A stretch of 63,414 nucleotides of DNA, counting the filler. It is 9 parts of 9 records of this genome, joined end to end, with 100 filler letters (N's around TTAATTAATTAA, not from the genome) between each part and the next. Parts side by side here need not be neighbours in the genome. Positions count along the whole stretch, not along the records: positions 40,524 to 47,120 come from SRR7504441_149; positions 47,221 to 50,667 come from SRR7504441_150; positions 50,768 to 57,355 come from SRR7504441_151; 6 more parts are not named here. One strand, 5' to 3'. Position 1 is the first letter of the stretch. Every line of letters starts with the position of its first letter. Under the pieces are notes generated by a model. It saw only the letters and a program-made list of their open reading frames with translations. It ran no database searches and was not told the origin of the DNA. Below are positions 41,981 through 52,881 of this stretch, in pieces. The translations under genes and the position numbers were made by a program.

Positions 41981-43744
41981 TTAAAACCAGCCTTTCACCT
42001 TAAAAGCGTACAAGATTAGCATCCCCAGAGTGAACGATAACAAAACCATGATCGTGAATGGTCTTGATCGTGCATCCCAGCTCCAGTCCGTGTAAGCTTG
42101 ATACGGCACGTCGCAGTTCATCCCCCAGAGCCCCGAGAACACCTGTAGCGGCATGATCACCGTGACCACAACCGACAGCAGCGTGTTGGTCTCGGCGTGG
42201 TGCGATCGGATCCTATTGTTGATCTCGTTGATTAGCAGCACCGCCGAGTCGTCTACTGCGCCCGTGATTGTGGTCAGCTCAACGGCCTTGCTCTTGAGCC
42301 GTTCGAGCAGGTCTTGTCCTCGCTCGTCCAGCGCCAGCACCTGGCTCTGCTCAGCCCGCTCACCAGGCCGCCACACCGGGTCGTCAAGAATCGAGACCGT
42401 GGTGGTAGCAAAGGAGGTCACAGTGCCTCGCAGCGATACGAGCACCTAACCCAGGTCGGGCCAGGCCGTGACTGAGGCACCGTCTGGAGCATTTTGATGT
42501 GCACCACGTCTTGCGTGAGCGCCTGCACCGAGTTCACTCCGCTGCCGGTGCCTTTCCGGCCGTGCAGCTGCTCGATGTGCAGGTCGAGCTCGTCGTGCAC
42601 CTCCTGCAAGGCGCTCTCGGCCATCCTGAGCAGCGCGAATATGGTCTGATAGAGCAGCTCCACCACACGGCCCGACCGCAGCCTCGAGTACGGCATGTTG
42701 AGCGCCTCTCTAAACTTCTCCCAGTGCCCCCAGACCGCGGCCCCGCATCTGTGTGTCTTGCGCGGCCGGACTGAGATCACTGTGTCGGTTGTGCCGTGCT
42801 TGAGCACAAACAGACTCAGGTTCTCGACTTCGAGCTTGAGGTCCTCCGGCCACTTGGCCTGCAAGAGCGTCAGCCACGCCCGCGCTAGCAGCACCTCGGG
42901 CCGGTGCATGCACAGCCGCCACTGCCGGCGCATTCTGAACTGTGTCTGCTTTCGCGTGATGGCAATCACAGGGAGCACGATGTGCGTGTGGTTGCTGTAA
43001 GTCTCCACCTTTGACGAGACAAACCGAACCGAGTCCGAGACCGCGTCCGGGTGCAGCCGGTAGGCCACGCCTATCCGGCGCATGGGCATCTGGGCTGGGT
43101 TCTTCTCGTCCACTTCCAGGTCTATCCAACGGGTCTGGGCGCCTCTAGCAGGCTGCTGGTACAGCCTTGCACCGGAGTGCGCAGAGTGACAGACCTGCCC
43201 TTCTGTCAGGGCGGCCGGGACAGGCAAACCTCGCTCGAAGCGCTGCCGAGCGACCAATCGGAGCAGTAGACTAGGTCCAGAGGGTCCGGCTTCTCCCTGC
43301 CCGCCGCTCGCCGGGCCCTGCCACGGCGCACAGCTCGGGCTTGGTGCTCGTGAACAGGTCGGCAAGCCCAATGTGCCAGAGCAGCCGGTCGTATTGCCCA
43401 AAGTCCAGCTCAAGCTCGCCCAGGTCCTCGGACGGCGCCGCGATATCAGCCTCGCGCAGCAGCTCGCCCAGCCGCTCCATCGAGCAGCTCATCCCGAGCA
43501 CGTCCAGAGAGCTGCCCCGCCCTCGGGCCCCGCCGCCGACCGACCGGCACCGGAGCAGCTCGCAGCAGTCTAGGGTGCCGTCGCCGTCGGTATCGGATGC
43601 CAGGAAAAGATTGCGCTTCTGCTGGCTATCCATCCCGGAGTTGACCGTGCTGGTGGCTTTGCGGGTCCACTGGCCGACCCGGGTCTCGAGCATCTCGTCC
43701 AGCCTATCCGAGCCCAGCGCACCCCACCGGCCCCGCAGCACCAT
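41981..43744 (-). CDS. CorA-family Mg2+ transporter with N-terminal EF-hands
   Basis: SDTDGDGTLDCCE EF-hand; TRWIDLE, YRLHPDAVSD; two C-terminal TMs with GLWGMN. Start uncertain. Confidence 0.82.
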
Positions 43745-43753
43745 CGCTCACGA

Positions 43754-45291
43754 ATGGTCCAGCTCAGGCACGCGCAGGGTAGGCTGGGCGGTCTTCCAGC
43801 GAGACCGCCTGGGCGCACTGCGCTGGTCAAGCTGCCGCCGGTTCCAACCGCCGGCAGGCAGCGACTCATCATACTTACGGCGAGCTGGCGGAGGCGGCAC
43901 GGATCACCCGGCTGCGGGTGCCGGGCGGGCGGGAGCCGATCTGCAGGAGCCGGCTGCTGCCCGCCGCCGCCTGCCGCCGGATCGTCAAGCTGTGCAACGC
44001 GCACGCCGGCTGGACGCGCGACCCGCCGGCCGATTATGCCCAGAGCACCACTGACCTGGAAGTGGACACGGTGCCGGCGCTGAGGCGGTACCTGGACCAG
44101 ATACAGTTCGTGGCCCGGGCGGAGGAGGTGCTCGCCCGGTGCTTCGGCCGGCGGATCGTGGCGTTCGACGACGCCTTCGTGATCAAATATGACGCCGGCG
44201 GGCAGCGCGAGCTGTGCACCCACACCGACGGCGGGGATACCTCGATACAGGTGGCGCTGAGCAGGCGGGCTGATTACTCTGGGGGCGGTACACACTTTGA
44301 AGCGCTCGATCGGACGGTTCACCTCAAGCGCGGCCGGATGCTGCTCTTTGACGGCAAGCTGCTCCACACCGGCCTGCCGATCAGCCGCGGCCAGCGGTAC
44401 CTGCTGGTGTGCTTCTGCCACACTGTGCCGTGTGCGGGAGACGCGGGCGACCCCGCATCGCACCGGGCGCGCTGCACGCGGGGCAAGCTCTCGCGATGCT
44501 TCCGGATGATCGGGCGAGACTCGCCGGCGCCCCAATTGGCGAGCGGATTCTCGATGCGCCCGCTCAGTCCAGCGTTGCGCCGGGCGCTCTTAGCGCTCCG
44601 GCGGCAGGCGGTGCTGGCCTACGGGCACGGTCAGTCATTCTGGGTCGGAGCGGGGGCAGCCAGTGGCTTGTGTACGCTCGAGCAGTTCGCTTTGGCCGTG
44701 CTCCGGTTCCATTCCGGAGCTCGGCGCGAGGAGTGGGGCGGGCCGCGGCTCGAGGGCGCCGAGTGGTGGGTGCAGTGCCTGGAGGGCCGGGAGAGCATCC
44801 CGTGGCATTGGGATAAAGACGAGGCCAGGCACGGCCATACCGGCGAATGGGCGCACCCGGCGCTTGCAACAATCAGCTACCTGTCGGATGATGGCGCCCC
44901 GACGGTTGTGCGCGACTGGCGGGTGGGCGACGAGGGCCGGCCCGGGGGTCGGCAGTGGGCACTGCGCCCGAGGCTTGGGCGGCACCTGGCCTTTGAGGGA
45001 GGCTTGTTGCATGGCGTGCCCAGCAGCTGCCCCGGCAAGACCAAGAAGAGGAAGCGCAAGCAAGCGGCCGGCGGGGGGGACGGCTGGGCTGACGAGGAAG
45101 GCCAAGGCATGCTGCGGGTGACGATCTTGGTCAACTTGTGGCAGAGCAAGCCGGAGGGGCTGGAGGCTTTGCCAGCTGAGCTGTCCAGCCAGATGGCCGG
45201 CGGTCTCGAGCTAGCGGAGCTGTGGCCGGCGCTCGCCGGGATGCGCCAAACCATGGCTGCGTTTCAAGACGATCCCGATCAACAACAATAA
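43754..45291 (+). CDS. Tandem 2OG-Fe(II) oxygenase-domain protein
   Basis: Domain 1: FVIKY..HTD..YSGGGTHF..HTGLPISRGQRYLLVCF; domain 2: EWWVQ..HWDKDE..HPALATISYL..HGV..RVTILVNLW. Start uncertain. Confidence 0.78.
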
Positions 45292-45438
45292 CGAGCATGA
45301 ACGAGTAACAATACGAGTAACACTAGTACGTAGACTACTAATACACTACTGATTAGACTAATGATGCTAGATACTGTTTATTAGACTAATGATGCTAGGG
45401 ACCGTGCCAGTACCGTGCCAGTGCCAGTGGGCAATAAA

Positions 45439-45839
45439 TCACTGGACCGCGCAACAGCCTGCCTCTTTTGGCTTGTTCTCGGACCGCGCACAAGCCTCCC
45501 TTACCGCGGGAGGCAGGCCCTCTGACTTGGGATTGGCCTTTCCCGAGGGGCCGAACGCGGCATCGAGAATCTCTTGCTCCTCTTCCGACAGCTTGGCCCC
45601 TTGGGCTTTCCCGCTGAACCACGGGCCTTGTTTCGCTGCCTTCTCCACCTTCCTGCCGGTGAACCAGCGGTCACACGATTTGTGCAGCTCATCGTCGATC
45701 AGGTCCTGGCTGGCCTTCTTCCGGGCTGCCCGGCCCTGCGCCAGCGCCTGCACCCGGGCGAGAGCAACGTCCTGCCCCGCAGCGGCTCGCGCTGGAGCCC
45801 GGCAAGCGGCCGTCTCACCTGGTCAGGAGCGGCTGGCAT
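45439..45839 (-). CDS. Small protein with C-terminal CaaX-like motif (CCAVQ)
   Basis: MPAAPDQ|intron|DVALAR...KPKEAGCCAVQ*. Confidence 0.55.
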
Positions 45840-46451
45840 TGTGTGAGCAGCCGCGCTCCCAACTTCCGGCGTGCGCGCTATGTGAGCGAGGCTGCTGGCT
45901 GCCGGGACTCCACCCAACACGCCTCACCAACCAGCTGGTGGCGCTTGCTGACTTCTTGCACGCTGAGGAGATTTATAACGGTCAAACGTGAGCTGACCTT
46001 GAAACCGTGTCTAGGCGACCGGCGTGCGATAGAGTATCGGCGATGGTGGTGAGGTCGATCGCAGAGGTTCCGGACGTCCGCCTTGAGTCAGTCATCGTCG
46101 GGGATCGAACGCACGACGATAGAATCAAAAGGGTGACTCACTAGGTCTACCGGTAGACTACGTAGAGACTCAGTCTCTTTTTCCCGATCATTTACCGATC
46201 TGGCCGCTACGATGCTGATGTGTGGGGGTAGTGTGGGGGGCGAGCAGCTGAAAATTGCTAGCCTAGAAACAAGAAACACTTGTTCCTAGTGGACACCATT
46301 ACCTTGTAAGAACAGGACACTCAAAAATAAAAGAACAGCGACTCTGCCAAACTCTCTCCGCAGCGTGTGATCCGACTTCCGCTTTGGGCAGCTGCGACAC
46401 CGCGTGACTGGGGCCTGCGAGTGAGGTTTCTGTCCGGGCGGGCGCGGCCGG

Positions 46452-47120
46452 ATGCGGTGGTACTGGCTGGCGCTGCAAGCTGCGCTGGGCCTGGCGCTGC
46501 GCGAAGACTTTGAGCGCGGCAAGCTGGACTCGGCCACCTGGCGGGCGAGTCCGTGGGTGACCGTGGTGCGGCCGTGCGGAGCTCGCAAGTCGGTGCTGCT
46601 GTTCCCGGACTCAACGGTCGCAACAGTCAGGCCGGTGCCGGTGAACAACACGCGGATCCGGTTCGAGCTCAGGGCGGGAGAGTTACTTGGCGGCTCCGGG
46701 CGCGAGTGCGGTCCGGTGAAGAGCTCGGGGAAGCAGCAGAATGTGCTCTTCGTCGAGGTAGCCAACGGGAAGAAGTGGGATCTTCTGCACAGCATTGACA
46801 TTGATTCGCAACACAGAGCCGGAAGCGAGTGGGTGCCATTGATGCTCCCTCGAAAGATTTCCAGCAGCTCCCGGACTCGCCTCCGCTGGCGATTCCAAGG
46901 TCACTCTTCTTGCTTAGAGTGCAGCACACGCGATGGTTACTGAGCTGGGGGCTCTGCAGGTACGGGTGACAACTTTGTAGCCCTCGACGACGTGTGGATC
47001 CCGGAAACACCGCATGAGGAGGCTGATCTGCTGGACTTTGAAAGCGAGGAGGCAACCAGGGTGAAGGCGGCCTGGGAGGAGGACGTGGCCAGAGCCAGGG
47101 GCGAGGAGGAGGCAGCCAGG
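46452..47120 (+). CDS. Secreted reelin-repeat-like protein, 5' fragment
   Basis: Signal peptide; REDFE..C..LLF..IRFELRAG..C..NGKKWDLL..LP..TRLRWRFQ|GTGDNFVALDDVWI (intron 46900-46959). Confidence 0.6.
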
Positions 47121-47220
47121 NNNNNNNNNNNNNNNNNNNNNNNNNNNNNNNNNNNNNNNNNNNNTTAATTAATTAANNNNNNNNNNNNNNNNNNNNNNNN
47201 NNNNNNNNNNNNNNNNNNNN
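47121..47220. other. Artificial contig spacer
   Basis: N44-TTAATTAATTAA-N44. Confidence 0.98.
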
Positions 47221-48870
47221 ATATGTCCTCCTCCTCCTCCTCCTCCTCCTTCACCTCGTCCTCCTCTTTCTTCTCCTTCTGCTCTTCCTGCTGCGGCTCT
47301 GGTTCCTCAGCTGCCTGCAGCCTGATTTTGGGGATCACCGCGCTGGCCCACGAGCGAGTTTGCTCCACCACTGAGTTGGTCCAGGACTGCGACTCTGATG
47401 GGCCTGAATCCCTCTCAGACGACCTGGGGCTCCCGGACTCCATCAGGTCCAGAGAAAGCGCCGCGATCGTCTCGTTCTTGAGCTTGAGCTGATGCTCAAG
47501 CATCATCCTGTCGTAGCTCTGACACTCGGCCACCGCCTGCCGGAGCACACACATCTCTGCTGAGTATCTATCCGGTTGATCAGTTTCGCTCCCTAAGTTC
47601 AGCTCTCCCATAAGCGCCACAATCCGGTCCATGACCCGCTTCTCCTCGGCCGATGCCAGCTCGGCGTACAGTTCCGACCGGCGGTATGCCCGCACCACAC
47701 CCTGCCCTGCTGTGGCTCGTTGGAATACATCCCCGAGCGTGCAGATTCCCCATGCAGCAGACTCACTCGCTAGGCTCACTACACTGTGCGTCCCATCCGG
47801 CTTGGTGAACGAGGGCAGTCCGCTCACCTGAGGCGTCCCTGGCTGCAACCGGACTTGCCCAAGCATTCGCATAGTCTCTGACACTGAATCATTTGAGGCA
47901 GTCAGCTCTGGCACTGATTCTAGCACCGGCGGCAGCCCTCCCCCCTGCACGTAGCACGCAGTGGCTATCGCCATGCTATTCTCCATGGCCCGCGCGGCCA
48001 GTGTCAGCGACCACTTGTCCACCGACCCCCCGTTGATTGCGCAGCGGTCCTGCAGCGGCGGCTGTGCACAAACGACCACCGCCAGCTGCACCCCCCGGAG
48101 CCCGTGCACCCTAGCCGGCTCAGGAGGTACAATCTCCTCGCCGCGCAGCACCCCGATCATCGCCCCGCCCAGCTCAAACCCCGGGAAGGCGTCGCCGGTG
48201 CTGCTGGCTTCAAACACGGCCGCCTCTTGCCCGGACCCGAAATGACTCTTCCTGTGATTGCACAGCCTGCTCCCGTCGGGTCCGAACCCCACAACGGAGT
48301 TGTACAGCACAGGCGGCTGACCGCTGCCCGGGTCAACTCGTTCAGGGTAACCCACCACGATCCCGATCTGGTGAAGCTCGGCCAACCCCTGCCGCCGGCT
48401 GGCCGGCCGCCCCCCCGGGCTGGGGCCACCTGCACGCGGACCAACGGTTCCCCTGAGCATTCCTGGGCGAGCTGGGCCACTTGGAACTGCCGGTCGGTCA
48501 GCCCACGGCCCAGGGCGCCTGGCACCCGATCGTACTGCCCCCGGCCGGCCAGGAAGAGCTCGGGGAATACGATCAGCCCGCACCCGGCCTCGGCCGCTTG
48601 CTTGGCCGCCACGGCCAGCGCCTGCAGGTTGTCCTCCGTCTGCAGGCTAGATCCCTCCCGCTGGTACAGCGCCAGCTTGTGCAGCGCGCGCTCACTGCCC
48701 CCAGCCTCCCCCGCAGCAGGCCGGGACACGCACCGGGCCGGCGGCAGCGCGTCAGGGTCAGAGAAAGCCGAGCGCGGGGTCACAGTGCCCAGCCCGAACC
48801 CAGCTACGGCCGTGGTCGTCCGGCGAGCGGCAGCCGTCCGCCGGGAGGCCCGTGGCCGCCGACCCCGCAT
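47221..48870 (-). CDS. Carbon-nitrogen hydrolase (nitrilase)-fold protein lacking catalytic Cys, with coiled-coil/acidic tail (3' truncated)
   Basis: LIVFPELFL, LYNSVV, NHRKSH, ARAMEN; GVLRGEEIVPPE replaces GxLICYDxxFPE. Confidence 0.78.
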
Positions 48871-48912
48871 CACCGGCTTTCGATTCTCTTCCGCGGGCCG
48901 TTGCAATCGATT

Positions 48913-48918
48913 TAACGG
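48913..48918. promoter_or_regulatory. TAACGG motif in a ~100-bp divergent gap
   Basis: Between ATG 48870 (-) and ATG 48974 (+). Confidence 0.55.
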
Positions 48919-48973
48919 ATTGGGAGCCCAGCTGGTGCTCAAGCATACCCGTGGGGGAGGGGACAGGTGCGCG

Positions 48974-49637
48974 ATGGACCCGCTCGACCGGGACTTTGGT
49001 AGCTGGTGCTAGCCCCGCGGCCAACTGAGCCGCCCTGGCAGAGTCTTGGCTGGCCACGCAGCCCGAGCAGCCCTCCGCGGAGTGGCAGCGGGCCCGGACC
49101 GCGGCGGCGGTGGCAGACCCTCTATTCCGCGACTTCGAGGAAAGCCTGTCCGAGCTGAGCCCGTGGGAGCGGACGGCCTCGGACCGACTATTCGGACTGC
49201 TTGACCGGAATCAGGACGAGCTGGTCAATTTGGCCGAGATCGCGGCGGCGGGCCGTCTGGGCGACATGCTCGACCCAGCCGAGCTGCCCTCGGGGCTCGA
49301 CCGGTCGGCGTTCGGGGACTGGCTGCTCGAGCTCAAGCTGCGGCACGGGGCGGTCTGGCTGGAGACGCTGCTCCGGGCCTGGACCGCGGCGGCCAACGCC
49401 AGAGTTAGCGACCCGCTATTCCCACTCGAGGAGCCACCGCCGGAGCCAAAGGTGGAGCCGGAGCCGGAGGCAGAGCCGGAGCCGGAGCTGGAGCCTATAA
49501 TCGAGGGGGAGGATGAGGATTCGGGGCTCCTGGATGACGAGGCACGGTCGCGGATCCTCAAAGAGCGCAGGGCACGGCAGGCTGGGAACAGGCGGAGGGG
49601 CAGGCGAAGGTCTCAGAACCAGACAACTGCGGAGTGA
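48974..49637 (+). CDS. EF-hand-like protein with PE-rich tail
   Basis: LFGLLDRNQDELVNLAEI; 5' exon structure uncertain. Confidence 0.5.
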
Positions 49638-49863
49638 ATAAACCTTTTAATTATCTATCGGTACCTGACTCAAAAATATCAGCCGGCGAATGTGCGCTGT
49701 CTAGTGCTGGCGTTGCGTAGTTGACTACGTAGATGCTCTTTTACATGTATTTAGAAATTAAAGATCTTGATGCACGCGTTACGCAATACTCGTACACCTC
49801 GTTTTAGAGTGAAAAGGAACTCCGTGTTGTCTATGTACACTGCGAGTGGGAAAGCTCTTCCAC

Positions 49864-50667
49864 TCAGCTGGTCGCCGCCGGATGCGACCGCACCTACAAC
49901 CCATCACGTATCCCCCAGCGTGCCAATACCTTCATTGTGGCTGCATCAAACGCCAGTCCTGCCTCGACCGCCCCGGTCTCGAGCAGCAGCCTGGCCGGCC
50001 ATGAGCCCGAGCCCGGCCACCATTACGCACTTGAATATGTTTTGAACGAGCATCCCAGACACGACCGATGCCGTCGAGACCTGTAGCGCCTCCCAAAGCG
50101 CCGGCTTCAGCTGTACGACCACTCAAACCGGCCCGCCAGCTCCACCCACCGGCGCCGCGTCCGCCTGCGTGAGCTCAACAGTCGGAGCCGCCTCGGCGCC
50201 GTCGAAATGCATCTGGTACCATCCACACCCGGCACTGCCAGCGGCTCAGCAAGCCATGCCCGGACCGCCCACCTCTCGTCCAGCCGGAGCACGGCCCGAG
50301 TGGTACTGAGTTGCTGGCACGCCCCGGCCAGCTCGGCGCTCTCGCTGGCTGCGTCCACCACTGCATCCGCCTGCTTGACCATGTTCTTCATTGCCTCAGA
50401 GTCCTGCCAACCCTCAGGCTCGCCAGACCGGATAAGGCGCCTCCAGGTCGACTTGGACGATCTCGCTCTGGCCGCCGGCCGAGTTGGTCAGCCGCAGCTG
50501 CAGCGCCTCAAGCCTGGCCATGCCAAGCTGGCTTTGATCGTAACCCCACCTGCACGACGGCTCACCCACGCCGTGCCGCCGGAGCACCGTGACACGTCCT
50601 GCTGATCCACTTGCCCCTCCCCGCAGATCAGCAGCTGCCGGACTCCCGCTTTGGCAAGCATCTCAGC
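49864..50667 (-). CDS. Divergent UBA5/ThiF-like protein, 3' fragment
   Basis: AEMLAKAGVRQLLI; spliced LDESAGCGWYQMHFDG; STASVVSGMLVQNIFKLLLETGAV..LAFDA parallels UBA5 TMGVVAGILVQNVLKFLL. Confidence 0.6.
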
Positions 50668-50767
50668 NNNNNNNNNNNNNNNNNNNNNNNNNNNNNNNNN
50701 NNNNNNNNNNNTTAATTAATTAANNNNNNNNNNNNNNNNNNNNNNNNNNNNNNNNNNNNNNNNNNNN
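50668..50767. other. Artificial contig spacer
   Basis: N44-TTAATTAATTAA-N44. Confidence 0.98.
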
Positions 50768-51550
50768 TGGTGCCTGCAGTTCTCCGACCATCGAGTCAAG
50801 CCAGCACTGGCCGGGACTGTGGTGGCCCAGGTCGTGCTTATGATCATCACAAACCATCTGTCGATTGCACTCAGCCAAAAGCTGCCTCCCGGTGAAGAGA
50901 ACCCCCTCCCCCATTGCAGCCCGGCCAGCTCTGACGGTGTGGTTGCAGAGACTGATTGGGTGTTTTTGAAGACATTTATCAGCACATCGGTATACCTCCA
51001 GGGCCTGCACCTGGTTAGCCACTACTTAAGGATGCATCTAGCGATGGACAAAACTCACGTGTCTGAGAGGTGGCTATGGATCGTGCGCCGCTCCTCACAG
51101 GTCGGCGGACTGGCCTTATTTGCCGGGATTGAGATCATCGTCGCACTAGCGTATCTGCATGTAATCATGAGTGCCGCAACTATAGCCACGCTCATCTTCA
51201 CGTGCGTTCTGCTGTCTGTAACATGCGCTGCCTACTTCACTTGGATGGTCAAAACTCACCAGCGCTGGCGATGGGGGGAGCACGGCGAGGACGACGGCCG
51301 CGCTAACAGAGAGAATGGCGACATTGGCGAAGGCGACTCAGATGGGTTCGTGGTGTTTAATACGAACCGTTCCGTTAACGAGAGCAAGCGGCAGGTTGAG
51401 CTCGAGATGAACCCGGCCGTGGGGCCTGTGAATGCGTCTGGGATTTCCAAGCGGACAGCTATGGCGGTCGTAGCTAAGCACGCCACGGATAATCGATCGC
51501 AAGAGTCTGGCGATGACGAATCTGGCATCGAGGCAGCGGTCGCATTTTAA
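50768..51550 (+). CDS. 3' fragment of a multi-pass membrane protein
   Basis: About four hydrophobic helices followed by a polar tail; open from the contig start. Confidence 0.6.
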   Translation, partial: WCLQFSDHRVKPALAGTVVAQVVLMIITNHLSIALSQKLPPGEENPLPHCSPASSDGVVAETDWVFLKTFISTSVYLQGLHLVSHYLRMHLAMDKTHVSERWLWIVRRSSQVGGLALFAGIEIIVALAYLHVIMSAATIATLIFTCVLLSVTCAAYFTWMVKTHQRWRWGEHGEDDGRANRENGDIGEGDSDGFVVFNTNRSVNESKRQVELEMNPAVGPVNASGISKRTAMAVVAKHATDNRSQESGDDESGIEAAVAF

Positions 51551-51665
51551 TGAACGTACACGCTTGATTTATATGGTGTATGAATGTGTAATTATAATAA
51601 CGTTGAACATTAGTTGAACATCAGACTAGTTACGGTCAAGCGCAGCCGATATCCATCCAGTCGTG

Positions 51666-52820
51666 TCAACTACTCGCAATTACAGTGGATGAATTCGCCT
51701 CTTCGGCTCGGCCAATCCTCATCCCAGTTGACGCCGGAACCAATGCCGCCAACCTGTCCTCAATCTGCGCCAAATCCGGCAGCCCGAGCTCGCTCAGATC
51801 GGGCATCCGCTCGCTCGCCTGCGCAGCCAGCCCAGCGGCCGTGTTCCTAAACCGCTCCGGGTCCCAAAGCACTGCAAGCCCGGCCAACAGCCCAAGCCCC
51901 GCACACGCCGCCACGCCGACATGTGCCCCGCCCACCGCCACCGGGAGCGCCATCGGACGCGAGAGGAACGAGAGCGACATAAGCAGTGACATTGATTGAA
52001 GCGATTCCCTCCGGAGTCTCGAAAGAGCCTCCTGATAGCCAGTCCCGGCGAGCTGCGCCTTCCGCTGGAACTCGCCCCAGCGCTCCAGCCCGGCTAGCAG
52101 CTGCTCATTGGCCTCGGCCGCCTCGAATGCCTCTGTGGCCGCCTCCCTTGCCTCGGCGAGCTCCACTGCGGGCAGCTTCCCCGCCACCTCGAGCCGTTCC
52201 CCATGCAGCCACATGCACTGTGGGTCCGCCAGCAGCCCCCGCGCGCTCAGCTCGGCCTGCCGCTCCAGCTCGCCGGCCTCGCGCGCCCGCCGCACGGCCG
52301 CCAGGTATTTCAGCTTCACCGCCGCCCGCCAGGCATCGGCCGCCGCCCGACTGACCAGGTCTACAGTGGGCGGCTGGTCCAGCTCTAATGGAGCCCGGGT
52401 GAGCGGATCGGTCCCGTGCATCCCCCACCACTTGACGATCGCGGCCAGCTCATACCGGTGCCCGGAGGGCATCAGTGCCGGCAGGAAGAAGCCGGAGTGT
52501 GTGATCGGGCACAGCAGCTCGGGCGGCGGATGGGGCTCCGGCAGCGCTCCCTGCTCGTCGTGGACCAACGGGTCGGTCGGCAAGGAGCTGAACCGGGCGC
52601 AGAACGGGCGCGGTTGGGCGGCGAGCAACTGGACCACCTGCGGGAGCGGGAGCTCGGCGCACTCGATGCCGCCCACTTCCAGCAGCCCACGCTGGAGCAG
52701 CCCGCTGTGCTCCGAGCGGCGCGCCGCGGTGACTAGCACCGGGCCGTCGTCCGGCTGCGCCTCGAGCGTCAGCCCCAGCGGGCCCGGCCGCGCGAACGCC
52801 ACCACCACCGACATGTTCAT
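51666..52820 (-). CDS. U-box E3 ligase-like protein with PDZ-like N-terminus and C-terminal TM
   Basis: PELLCPIT..SGHRYELAAIVKW..TDPLTRAPL; FARPGPLGLTLE; hydrophobic segment near the C-terminus. Confidence 0.75.
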   Translation of the reverse strand: MNMSVVVAFARPGPLGLTLEAQPDDGPVLVTAARRSEHSGLLQRGLLEVGGIECAELPLPQVVQLLAAQPRPFCARFSSLPTDPLVHDEQGALPEPHPPPELLCPITHSGFFLPALMPSGHRYELAAIVKWWGMHGTDPLTRAPLELDQPPTVDLVSRAAADAWRAAVKLKYLAAVRRAREAGELERQAELSARGLLADPQCMWLHGERLEVAGKLPAVELAEAREAATEAFEAAEANEQLLAGLERWGEFQRKAQLAGTGYQEALSRLRRESLQSMSLLMSLSFLSRPMALPVAVGGAHVGVAACAGLGLLAGLAVLWDPERFRNTAAGLAAQASERMPDLSELGLPDLAQIEDRLAALVPASTGMRIGRAEEANSSTVIASS

Positions 52821-52862
52821 GAGAGGCGCCACCAACCACGACTGCCAGTCCTCGCCGAAAGT

Positions 52863-52868
52863 CCGTTA
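52863..52868. promoter_or_regulatory. CCGTTA motif in a 61-bp divergent gap
   Basis: Between ATG 52820 (-) and ATG 52882 (+). Confidence 0.6.
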
Positions 52869-52881
52869 TTAAATTCCTGTG

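Noticed and set aside
45300-45400. Short direct repeats (ACGAGTAACA; TTAGACTAATGATGCTAG) suggesting a CRISPR or MITE
   Set aside because: Two copies each, no regular spacers or terminal inverted repeats; treated as part of the TA-rich intergenic pattern.
49932-50126. ORF with GLDGIGRVWDARS resembling a Prp4 WD40 repeat
   Set aside because: Shadow frame; another frame splices cleanly into a UBA5/ThiF-like protein and no further WD repeats are present.
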